From: Amoebophrya sp. A120
Lineage: Eukaryota; Protista; Dinoflagellata
Length of the DNA: 64,000 nt
Assembly: GCA_905178155.1 (NCBI GenBank)
Contig: CAJINV010000003.1
Coordinates: 2,681,740-2,745,739 of the forward strand
Direction: 5' to 3'
The notes under the pieces were generated by a model. The model was not told the origin of the DNA. It did not search any database and saw only the letters and a list, made by a program, of their open reading frames with translations. Positions 49,020 through 59,671 of this stretch are shown here, in pieces (the first letter of the stretch is position 1; each line of letters begins with the position of its first letter). The translations under genes were made by a program, and so were the position numbers.

Positions 49020-50065
49020 TTAGGCATCCTGCTTCACTTCCCCGCAGTCTTCTATGACAACTTTCTTGCTGGGCCGTCCACCATTGTCGCCGCACGCTTC
49101 CATCTGCTTCACGATGTCGAAGCCATCGACAACCTCGCCGAAGACACAATGAGCCCCGTCCAGGTGCGGCGTAGGGACGGTGGTGATGAAAAACTGGGAT
49201 CCATTTGTGTTTGGGCCCGCGTTATCAAATGCAAAAATGTCTGGGTCTGGAAGATTCTAAGACTTGTCATGCATGGTTTGCATGCGCCATCCATGATGTC
49301 TGTGATGCATGCCCTAGCATCACAGGTTTTTTGAGGGATTCTTGATGCCTATTCCGCATGACAAATGCCCTCTCCGCGTAGCAAAAATTAGAATCCTTTT
49401 GCTGCTCATGCAACACAAATTTTTGAGACATCCAAGTGCAGCATCACAAGTTCCAATCTTCCAGACCCAGACATTTTTACATTTGATACGCGTTCGCCAT
49501 TGACAGAAGGCCTGGCTTCGTGTGCTTCAACTTGAAATTCTCATCCCGAAATTTCATCCCGTAAATGCTCTCACCGCCTGAAATGTCAGAAACAAGGCGC
49601 TACTACGAGCTTTTCGAAATTAAAATTCAAACACAACAGGGCGAAATAAAGTAGACGTCGCAAGGGTAACAAATCTAAGTAGCTTGTTCCATCATGACAT
49701 AGACATACGACAGAAGATGACGAAGATAAGACCAGATTTTTTACACCACAAAGTCAGATATTAATCGAAAGAACAATATATTATCAGTCGTGCTACTTAC
49801 ATGCACATATGTTCATACCGGTTCCATTTCCACGAGTGAAGTCGCCGCCTTGACACATGAAATTAGGAATGATGCGATGAAATTTCGACCCCTTGAAGTG
49901 TAGCGGTTTCCCGCTCTTGCCCATGCCCTTGTCGCCGATACAGAGAGATCGGAAATTCTCCGCTGTCTTTGGCACTGTGTCCGCAAACAGTTCGAACAAA
50001 ATGCGCCCCGCCTTGGATCCACCAATGGAGACATCGAAAAAAACTTGCGGGTTGGCTGCAGCCTG
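49020..50065 (-). CDS. Cyclophilin-type peptidyl-prolyl cis-trans isomerase; first exon not located
   Basis: [65 protein letters not shown]. Confidence 0.95.
49223..49488. mobile_element. Introner, family A, in cyclophilin
   Basis: ~34-bp TIR; perfect TSD cgcgt; interrupts the conserved [13 protein letters not shown] motif. Confidence 0.95.
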
Positions 50066-50282
50066 TTTGAAAAAACGACTGTGGAACAACATTGTATCGA
50101 CTGCGGACAACTCCGATTGCGGAAAATGAAACACGACCAAGAATCAACTGATAAGGTGGAACCTACTTAAACTTATGTTGGCTATGACCAGATCAATTCA
50201 AGCGCCTGGGCAACGAGGATCACATCAGAGACACAAACAATTAGCAGTGAGAGGGGGAGCTGAAATCGCTGCGGGCCTGATC

Positions 50283-51708
50283 CCGTCTACATCAACATGG
50301 CGTCATGCCCAACCCGAAACCCCGCAGGACACTAAAAAGCCAACTTCTTGAGCATTCACTGAGCCCACCAGGTACCTACGCGACCGGTTCCCGGAACCCC
50401 AATGCCGGCCGGGCTGTCACCCATGGCAGAGAACGCGACAACAGCTAGCAGAAGTGCTAGAAAGTCAATGTCTTCCGAACCCCAACTCGCCAAATAAGCC
50501 AGCAACTAGCTGGAAATAGTTCCCTGCAAGCCAACGAAATGCTGTGAAGACCACGTCCGTCCCAGTAGGGCGCCCTCGCTACACACCCAACTCGCGGCCA
50601 TCCGCGCGATGCTATCCACCCGCGCAACAACCTAACCGCGGTGACATAAAGTGACTTGCTTAGGACAAATAGGGAGGACGCGTTCCAACCGAGTGTATGC
50701 ATTGCAAACGCCAAACGGGCTGAAACGCCTGCCCTTTCGCCGCCTATACCCTAGTCCTGCCGTCCCGCAGCTCGCCTACCAGGCCGCAGCGGCAATAATT
50801 TGCACAAACCTAGCCTGGAACCTGCCCAACCAGACCCTCGCTACGATCTCGCTACCGCCATCACCTCAGAGAGAAGTTGCAAAAGCTGAAATTTCCAGCG
50901 GCCCGGGGATGTGCCAACAAGGCCACGCGCCAAGAAAAAGTATAAGTTCCAAGGCTTCCTCCCGTTTTCCCAAACAGCAGCGCTTTCCTTGCCTCCTGCA
51001 AGCTGCAGTCAACAGGTCGTCCACTGTCCTAGACCTAATCCATGCGCGTCGCCTGAAGCGACCGCTTCCTGAATATGCTACTCCGGCACCATAACCTCCT
51101 CCAAGGGGCCTAGCCTAGTATTTGTACAACCTTGGCGGATTCTCCCACCATGCTCCACCACCCACTACCATTCCTTGACCTTGTGGCCCCAAATCACCGA
51201 GATTAAAGACTGTACCAACCAAGCCAAAACCCAAACAATGTGGGTACTTTAGAGAGGCGGCCCGGGCTACCTCTGCCTTCCTGAAGCCGCAGCCGGTCGT
51301 GTGCCCCGGAGAGGCCCCATACTTGTTCTTTAAAAGACAGCCACGCCCCTTTATTTCTCAATGTGGTGCTCCGAAAAGTGGAGGTGCCTACCTACCCTAT
51401 CCGAACCAGAGCAAAATGAACGATCCCAACCCCCAGTCCGACCTCCTCCCGGGACTGGGTCCAGTTGTCGCACCTACCGAGGCATGTCAGCCTTAGTGCC
51501 ATCAGGAGAGCCCACCTCGGCCCCCAGTCAACCGCGACTGGGTCCAGCCGATCGAAATAACATTCCATGGCACGACCCCCGCCTTGATGCGGGTCCAGTC
51601 CTAGTCGTGCCGCCGTGCATTAGCTTACCAGGGATCTGCTAGCCCTTTCTATCTAGTCGTAGAACTTTCCGTCACTTACTCGAAAATGATGCACCGGGGT
51701 GCATCGGT
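50283..51708. mobile_element. 1.4-kb insertion flanked by 44-bp direct repeats (putative long TSD)
   Basis: aattagcagtgagaggRggaRctgaaatcgctgcgggcctgatc at 50239-50282 and 51709-51752, 2 mismatches; no recognisable ORF. Confidence 0.65.
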
Positions 51709-53024
51709 AATTAGCAGTGAGAGGAGGAACTGAAATCGCTGCGGGCCTGATCATCTTCATGCAGACGATGGAACTACAGGAATGGGACGGCAAGGAGCTG
51801 CTTGTTTGTCAAAGGCAAGCCCGCGGAAAAAAAAAGAACCGTCTCGGTCTCTTCGGATCTCGTCATAAATAAATCATAGTAGTTTTGTTTTGTTGCCGAG
51901 GAGTGGGAAAGGGGATGAAGGCAGCAAAAACAAAAAGAAAAGTCAGAACAAGTGATCGGGAAAATCGGGGGCACGAGCTTTCGACACAGACACGGGCATC
52001 CTGCTTGGTTCCAGATCAACGTCTACGTTTTTATACATTTTCGATTTGCAGTTCTTTGTTCAATCCAGTTCGAAGAACGGCAGTTCATGCCGTGAGGAAC
52101 AAGTTGTGCCTCAAATTCGCAATTCATCGTCCGCTCGGATACGGAACGAGCAAGGCTTGTGAACACTGTTAATATTGTCGTCAACCGTTCCTGTTTTTCT
52201 TTCGATTTCGGGCGTCCTTCACGATCACGCCAAGAACCTTGTTGGAATATCTTAAAATTCAATATGCGTTTCTTTTGCGGTATTGGCGTAATGTTCGACA
52301 TGTTCTGCCATAGACCTCTTGAAATAAGTACAATGCAGAATTGATGTGAGAACTGAACATTGGACATTTTCGGGCCTCGGAAAATTGATGCCATGCCCAG
52401 GCATGGAAAGAAAGAAAGTACAATGCAGCGCTAGCTTCTAATCAAATCTTCCTATGAAATACAACGAAAACATTTTACAAGAATATAACGAGGCGCCTCG
52501 CTTTCTGCGTACAAACACTTTATTATATGGCTATCGAAAGAGTAAATATGTCGCGCTGCGTCGTGACGGCACAATCTAATACAAGAGTAGGAACGTGCGT
52601 ATTCTATGTGGATTCGTTTTTCCGGTTGCAAAAGTGAACCGATGACGAGGCAGAGTCGGTCCTGTCCCAGGCCCTTCACCTTCTTATCTATTAGCTTCAG
52701 TTGTACATCAAAACCCTTTGTGTACTAGTACAGCTCCCCCTTCATTCGGTGAAGAAATTCGAATGGTAAATTGTAATTCGCTTTCGCAGGTCGCTGCCTC
52801 TGCTGAAATAGTCTGCCGTCGGCGCTCAGCATGTCTTTTCATCTTCAAGGAGTCACCGAAGTGTGTGTGAATTCGAAAAGACATAGAGCGCGATGGCATA
52901 CGCATATCCGAGAGAAGAAGCAACACGTATAATAATGCCTTTTTTAGGTTTCTTTTGGTAGCTATCGATTCCTACTTGATAGAAGCCGTGGAGTTTATTC
53001 TTTGGTAGTTAGTAAGTACGATAT

Positions 53025-55331
53025 CTACTGCAGAGTGCAAGCTGAGCGGTTATGGTTGCGCAGCGCCTCTAGCTCCAGTGAAAGCTGCAACACGCGGTCT
53101 CGCCAGATACTCGTCGCATTTTCGCTGTTTGTGGTCTCAGGATCAAGTTGTAGATCTTCGGTGCGGATTCTTCGTGTCGTTGAGCATGAAGGTGATTTGT
53201 TTCGCTTGTTTGAGACTCGAGAGTCTTGTATTTGTTGTCGAAGTTGTAAATGCTCACTGTCAGAATCAGAAATCTCGTGGTCCCTCTCCGTGGAAAGAAA
53301 CATATACGGCGGGGGTTCATGTTGAGGCTCTGGTTTCAAATGCGAATTCTGTGCAAGAACGACGCGCTCCCGAATAAGAGCAAAGCGGTCCCATTCCAGT
53401 TGTGCAACCCGAAAGGCGTGTACGCAGTCGTGTGTGTCGCGACGCCGGCTCGCCGACTCCGCGTCGCGCCAACGCCGCCGCGCCTGTTCCCCAGCGGGGC
53501 TCGCGCACCACAGGGCTTTTCTCAAAGCTTGTCGGTCCACAGCGGACAGAAGCCGTTGCGGTTCTTTGGTTACCTCCGCTTCTGCGTCGTCCAGCTGCTC
53601 ATTGGAAGCAGGGCCACCAGAGCAAGGTTCGTGGCTCATTCTTTGATCTCTCGCACACAAGAAGATGAATTTGTCTTTTTTCCTTTTCTTGCACCTCCGA
53701 TTGCAAAAAGCACCACGGCCGAGCCGCAAGAAAGTTGGTGCTTCAGCGAACAAATCGCTCCAGGTTGTTCTCAGCGTTCCCTGATCATGTGACGATAGGC
53801 AACAACCGCGAGAGGAGCAACAGGTGTCGTGCTGGCGTTCTTCCGTCCGTGGGCTGGGAGTTGCATCGTCGAGATTATCGCACAGCATGCCTTCTTGCGG
53901 CGGAAGTTGCAGTGAATCAAACACGACGACAGCACGTGGTGATGCTCCTTCTCCTTCGGGGACTGGGTCGCTGATACTCGGGAAATATTTTATTTCGGGC
54001 ATGTAATAGGTGGGGATGGGCGAGTGCGTTGGGGTCGCTCCCGTCAAGTCCATGTAGTTCAGATCGCTGCCAAAAGACGAGGAGGTCCCAATGCTGCTCA
54101 TGCCAGAGCCCACGCCTGTGCTAATATCGTCTTCAGGGCAAGTGGGCGGCGAAGTAGGTGAAGATGCGTCTGAAGATGCCAACTGGGGCGGCGCGTGGGT
54201 TGCAGAGACAAGAAGTCGCTTGTTACTACTCTTCATGCTCCGATCTTCTCGATGGTTGTTCCCTGAGAGATGAATATGGGATGACGGCAAACAACTCGGG
54301 GCGGGCTGCGAATCGGATCCCCCTCCGGCCGATCTGTCCTTGCGGCAACGAATACCGGGTGAGAAAATTCGGTTCTCGACGTGCTGGTCACCTACTTTGG
54401 CGAGAGATGGCTCATCTGCAGCTGTACTGCCCTCCATGACGGTGATCTTCGGGGTAGGGAGGGCAAGTCCAGGATTGAGATCCGCCTCGGCAGTAACGGC
54501 GTTTGTGCTTTCCACGCCGTGGTCCTCGGTACTAGCGTACGACGCGCTCCTGGAGATTTCTTGGGCAAGAATAGCACGAGAACTGCTTTCGACTCCTCGG
54601 AGGTTTTGGTTTATCTTTTCGAAATAGTGCCACTCGTGTTGCGCAACCGCGAGATCCGAAGCCGCGGCGTCGACCTGGGCGGTGTAGTATTTCTGGAGGA
54701 GATTCAAGGCCGATGCAGAGCTCACCATGCGCCAGGAGGCGAAGCTTCCGCTCAGGGGATTCGCGAAGAGCGAGCCCGCATCGAGTCCCGTTTCGTGCAA
54801 CAGAAGGCGCAGCAAGCACAGGAGGGCGGCCTCGTCCCCGACCAAGACTTTCCCCTCGTCATCCTCGATCTCCTCAGGAAGGAGCGTATCTCTCGTAGAC
54901 CTATCTGCCGGTAAACATTTTTTTCGTACTGGGATCTTAATAATACGATCAGCTGGTGCACCTGCATGTACTCGTACCGCCGTTGCAGAACATGTGGCTC
55001 CTCCACGGGAAAGAAATGATGACAAAAGTAGCGCACCAACCGTGAGCACAAGGTAGTACGGTAGAAGTGCACTCAGCAGGCCGCGGCGCTGCGTGCGGCG
55101 AGCCGATGTATCTGCGCTGCAGCTGCCTGGGGAGATGCTGAGTAGTATGTTGGAGGTCCATGATGAAATTTGTGAAACATAACCCGGACCACGACCACAG
55201 GTGCCATCAGGAAAGAACTTCTGGCGCTGTCGACTTTTCGTTTTGGCATTGTCTCTCCCGGAGGCGATAAAGCCACTTCTTTTTTGTCGTGTAACAGCAA
55301 AGACGCTACACATTTTGATAATCAGCTCCAT
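53025..55331 (-). CDS. Hypothetical 768-aa protein with N-terminal hydrophobic segment and C-terminal coiled coil
   Basis: Long uninterrupted ORF on the same strand as its neighbours; no recognised domain. Confidence 0.55.
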   Translation of the reverse strand: MELIIKMCSVFAVTRQKRSGFIASGRDNAKTKSRQRQKFFPDGTCGRGPGYVSQISSWTSNILLSISPGSCSADTSARRTQRRGLLSALLPYYLVLTVGALLLSSFLSRGGATCSATAVRVHAGAPADRIIKIPVRKKCLPADRSTRDTLLPEEIEDDEGKVLVGDEAALLCLLRLLLHETGLDAGSLFANPLSGSFASWRMVSSASALNLLQKYYTAQVDAAASDLAVAQHEWHYFEKINQNLRGVESSSRAILAQEISRSASYASTEDHGVESTNAVTAEADLNPGLALPTPKITVMEGSTAADEPSLAKVGDQHVENRIFSPGIRCRKDRSAGGGSDSQPAPSCLPSSHIHLSGNNHREDRSMKSSNKRLLVSATHAPPQLASSDASSPTSPPTCPEDDISTGVGSGMSSIGTSSSFGSDLNYMDLTGATPTHSPIPTYYMPEIKYFPSISDPVPEGEGASPRAVVVFDSLQLPPQEGMLCDNLDDATPSPRTEERQHDTCCSSRGCCLSSHDQGTLRTTWSDLFAEAPTFLRLGRGAFCNRRCKKRKKDKFIFLCARDQRMSHEPCSGGPASNEQLDDAEAEVTKEPQRLLSAVDRQALRKALWCASPAGEQARRRWRDAESASRRRDTHDCVHAFRVAQLEWDRFALIRERVVLAQNSHLKPEPQHEPPPYMFLSTERDHEISDSDSEHLQLRQQIQDSRVSNKRNKSPSCSTTRRIRTEDLQLDPETTNSENATSIWRDRVLQLSLELEALRNHNRSACTLQ

Positions 55332-56294
55332 GCATTCTCATTCCCGGTACAGGCAGTGGGAGAATTTCATCAGGAAAAAGGGATAATTTTAGGTCGTTTC
55401 ATCTGTCGAGATCGAGTACAAAGAACATACAGATTGCGGTCGTGAAAAAATTAATAATTGCGTTTTAGCAGACAAAAAAATAACGCTGATGCAAGGGACG
55501 ACTCTAAAAGTGTTGCATGGATCAATGTGATATCTCATTTGATGATTTCATGGTAACTGTGGTAAAAACTACGTAGGTATATCCAAAAGAGTGAAGATCT
55601 GTATCTCTGCATGAGGTCGCTGTTGTAAGAAGGCGGAAAAATAAAGCAAAACAGGTGGACCAAACGACAGACGCCTTGGCTCTGACATTAAACGAAGAGT
55701 TTGATCCTTGCCATGGGTTGCCTTCTTGCTAAAAAACATGACAAAGAAGCGAACCGCGTCTGATTCACATTGTCGTCCGATGGACCACAGGAGAGGCTCC
55801 GCGGAAGGACTCCAAAAAAGAGATCATTTGAATCATTTTCATGCCTGGGATTCGAGCGCGGGTGCGCCCAAGCGAGGTACAAAAGAGACCTAACTCATTT
55901 TCATGTGCGCAGAACCGCGTCCTGTTTTTTTTTCATGGTCGCGTTTGATGTCAAAACTTGTTAGACAAGCCGCAACAACACCTGGAGAGGTTCGCTCTTT
56001 AAGAACGGTGCATCCAGACGCCGTTGTTAAGTACTTAACTTCGACTTCCGAAATGAAGCATCTTCCTCTTGTTGGGCAAAGTTGCCACTTGCGAAATTAT
56101 CGCCAGACAGTACTAGTTGGCTCGACGTAATAAAAAGAACCGCACTGTACAGCGTTTGTAGACATCGTTCGTACGCAACACTGAAACAAGTGCGATCATC
56201 TGTCTCTGGATAATGTCATTCCACCGAAGCAAGAAGTGTTCAACGCGCGCGTGACCACGACAGTCCGTCTAGACAGGACAATCCATTGAGTTCT

Positions 56295-59200
56295 TTAAGC
56301 CTTCGCTTTTGCTTTTGCCGCTTTTTCCAGCTTCTTTCGCTCCGCCTTGGAAAGCTCCTTTTCTCCGCACACCTCTTTCAGGCGCTTCATTTCCGCGACC
56401 GCTGCCTGAATTTCCTCATCGGAGGCCTTGTCTGCTTTCAATTTTGCGACGAGGTCCTTCGCCGCCTGCAGCTTCGCGAGGTCCTCCGGAGAAGCCTGTG
56501 GCTGCGCTGCAGCCGGGTCCGCCGCTGGGGCTGCCGCAGCGGCCGCTTCCTTGCCCTTTGCGCCCTGCAACTTGCTTGGATCAACTTTGCCCGCGATGTT
56601 GCTCATTGCCTTTGACTTCCCGTCCGGAATTTTAATGAGAACCTGAGAATGAAGATCATCGTCATATCGATCAACATGCCAGGATCGTCAATAAGACCTC
56701 ACCAAACACATGCTTCAATCAAGAAGTAGCAGATGAGGTGGACTTTGTCAACGTCTACGCTACCATCTACAACTAGTAAATCCTTTCAAAACAAATCAAC
56801 ATGACAGAACTATATTACCATGGGTTGTCCCTCCGGAAAGGCCGGAGAGTCACAGATAAAGAACCCGATGCGCTCAAGCTGGACAATGTCGCCCTTGCTC
56901 ACGTTTTTCAAGGGGGCTTCGCCGACTGCTACGGTGTCGAAAATGGTTTGTGGGTTGATAAAATCTTCGAATTTGTCGTCCTCGTCCAGTTTTGCTTTTG
57001 AGATCAAATGGTCGTATTCCCGCAGAACCACCTCCGTTTCGCGGCCCGTGGCGGCGACCCAGTGCAGCTTTTTCTTTGTGTCCTTCACGCTTCCTGTTAA
57101 TAGATGACGAGGTCAGTTGCTTCGGATTTGAATTTGATACGGATGGAAGGAAGTAGCAGCAGCGCCAGCGGCCACGAGACGGACTACACTCGCTGGCACC
57201 ACACTAACTTTAACTCACAGACGTGAGGAACTACACGAATACTAAAAACAGCAACAAGGCTACTAGTACTTGAGCACCATCATTTCAATTGCATATACCT
57301 TCCAAGTGCAGCTTGGCTTCGAGCAGGGTGACTTTGCCAGCCGCGTCCTTCGTAACCTTTTCGACAAGGACATTTCCCCAGTGTAATAACGTAATCTGTT
57401 CCTGTTCCGCGATCTCCGCGGCGTCGGCCGCCTCTAGAAAGACCGAGGCACCGTACCAAAGCGGCTTCTGGCCGGACAGCACGCCCTCCTGGCCACACTT
57501 GGGGTGCAGGTTGGTCATGCCCACGTAGGACTCGGCGGGCACACCGGAAATCTTCAACGTCACCGGGGCGGTGATGGCCGCGTACCGGGCCGCCTGCGGG
57601 TCGATGATCTGGCGGTTGAGCACCCAGATCTTGTCCCACTCCATCAGCACGTCCCGCTTGCTGGCCCCCTGCGTCTTCATGAACTCCTGCAGCGCCTGCA
57701 CGGTCATCCCCCGACGGAGGATGCCCTTCACCGTGGGGAACCGGGGGTCGTCCCACCCCGAAACCACCTTGTTGTCCACGAACCAAGTCAGCTTCCGCTT
57801 GGACAACACCGTGTGCGTGAACTGCGTCTTGGAGAACTCGTACAAAATGGTCTTGCCCACGTTCGCCTTCTGTTGCACCCAGTAGTACATCTGGTCCCGG
57901 TCCTTGTACTCGATGGTCCGCAGGGAGTGCGACACACCCTCTATCGCGTCCACAATCGGACACGCAAAGTCGTAGGTTGGGTAAGCCTTGTACTTCGTGC
58001 CGTGCCTAGGGAGAGTGAAAAGCAATAGAATTATTATGTCGTTGAAAATGAATACACAAACTTAAATCTAGGATCGTATAGTCGATTTAGTTGGCCTTGA
58101 ATTGGGGGTCGTCTCTTCTCATCTAAAAATGGAGAAAGTGAATAAAGAAATTGATGATTATGTGCTACGTATAGATACAATCTTCGTTGTGTGGAGGCAG
58201 CAGCTCCTGTGACGCAAGGGCAAGAATCGAATTCGAAAGGATCGAAAAAAATAAAACCCAGCACGGGTTACTAGTGTCACTTACCTGTGATGGGGCACGT
58301 CGGTTTTGCAGCGGTAGAAGACGGGGTCGCGGAGGCACTTGACTGGGTCCTTCATGTTCATTTTTCCGCGGACACAGCAGGTCAGGCCGGTCTTGGTCCC
58401 GGCGAGCATTTCCTTCCAAAGCTCTAAATTTTTCTCGACGCTGAACTTCCGGCATGCGCTTTCGACGCCGTTGTCACGCTCGTCGCGCATCTTCTCGACG
58501 GGAGTGTCGTCTACGTACGCGTCACCGTTCTTCAGCAACTTCTCCATCAGTTCCTGCAGCTTGGGAAAGTAGTCCGAGGTGTGACTCACGAAGTCCGGAA
58601 CGATGCCCAGGCTCTTGCTATCCTCCAAGATCGTGTCTTCGAACTCTTGCTTTTCCTGGTGTTGAGATAAATCAGACATCGCATACTCTCTTTTTCTATT
58701 CTATCTTCTTTCTTATCCTTTCTCATGGAAAAGAAAACCAATGCATGTTCATGGTGGGTCGCGGCGATGAAAGAATCAAACTCTGAAGCGGAGTTAGATC
58801 ATTCCGGGCGGACCAGAACAAAAACAAACTCGACGTTGTAGACTACTTACCTTGCTGGGGTTCGTATCGTCGAATCGGATGATGAGCTTTCCCTCATACA
58901 TGCGCGCATAAGCGTTATTCAGCAGCGCGGCCTTAGCGTGGCCGATGTGCATGTAACCACTGGGCTCGGGGGGGAATCGCGTGCACACTTTGCCCATGAC
59001 AGCGTTCGGCAACTTGCCTTCAATATTTGCTTCGTCCTTCCCCTTAGCACCGCCGCCGGTAGATGATGAGGCATTGTTTTTGTTGTTCATCTGCGCCGCG
59101 GCCCCTGGTTTGTTTCCGCCTTGCGGTTTACTATTTCCGGACGAGGTGGTACTGGTACTGAAGGCGAAAGGCCGCTGCCGCTGAAGTGCGTGGATGTGGA

Positions 59201-59671
59201 GTGCCCAGCGGTAGGTGGAGGGCAATTTCTGCATATCTGGGATCTTACCGTTCAACTTGGCCAAACAATCCAGATCGGCAGGCGAAAAATCCGCACCGTT
59301 CTCCACGTACGAGCGGTCCTTGATAAACTTTTCGAAATCCGTATCCTGAGTAAAAACGTCCTCACCCCATAGTTGTAATGCTAATCCGTATGCTGATAAT
59401 GTTTCTCATGCGCAGCCCCATGAGAAGCATCTTCTAGCCATGTTTCGGAATTTGTCATGCTCCAACAAGCATGATATGCTAGATCTGTGATGCTGCTGGA
59501 CCAGCTAAACAGCATTACACTTCGAGGCAAAACTTGTAATGCACAACAACCAAAGCTGGCTGATTTGTCTAGCAGATTGCCCATCTTGACTCTGGGGTGG
59601 GGACGTTTTTCTTTAGGATAATCCGGCGTACCGGGATTACCGACCGGAGGTCCACTCGCGGCTGCCGTCAT
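56295..59671 (-). CDS. GluRS: Cytosolic glutamyl-tRNA synthetase with N-terminal GST-C-like and C-terminal WHEP-like extensions
   Basis: [21 protein letters not shown] (HIGH), [46 protein letters not shown]. Confidence 0.95.
59342..59620. mobile_element. Introner, family E, in GluRS; inverted relative to the copy at 40760
   Basis: tatcctgagtaaaaacgtcc ... ggacgtttttctttaggata; TSD atccg; removal gives [14 protein letters not shown]. Confidence 0.92.
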
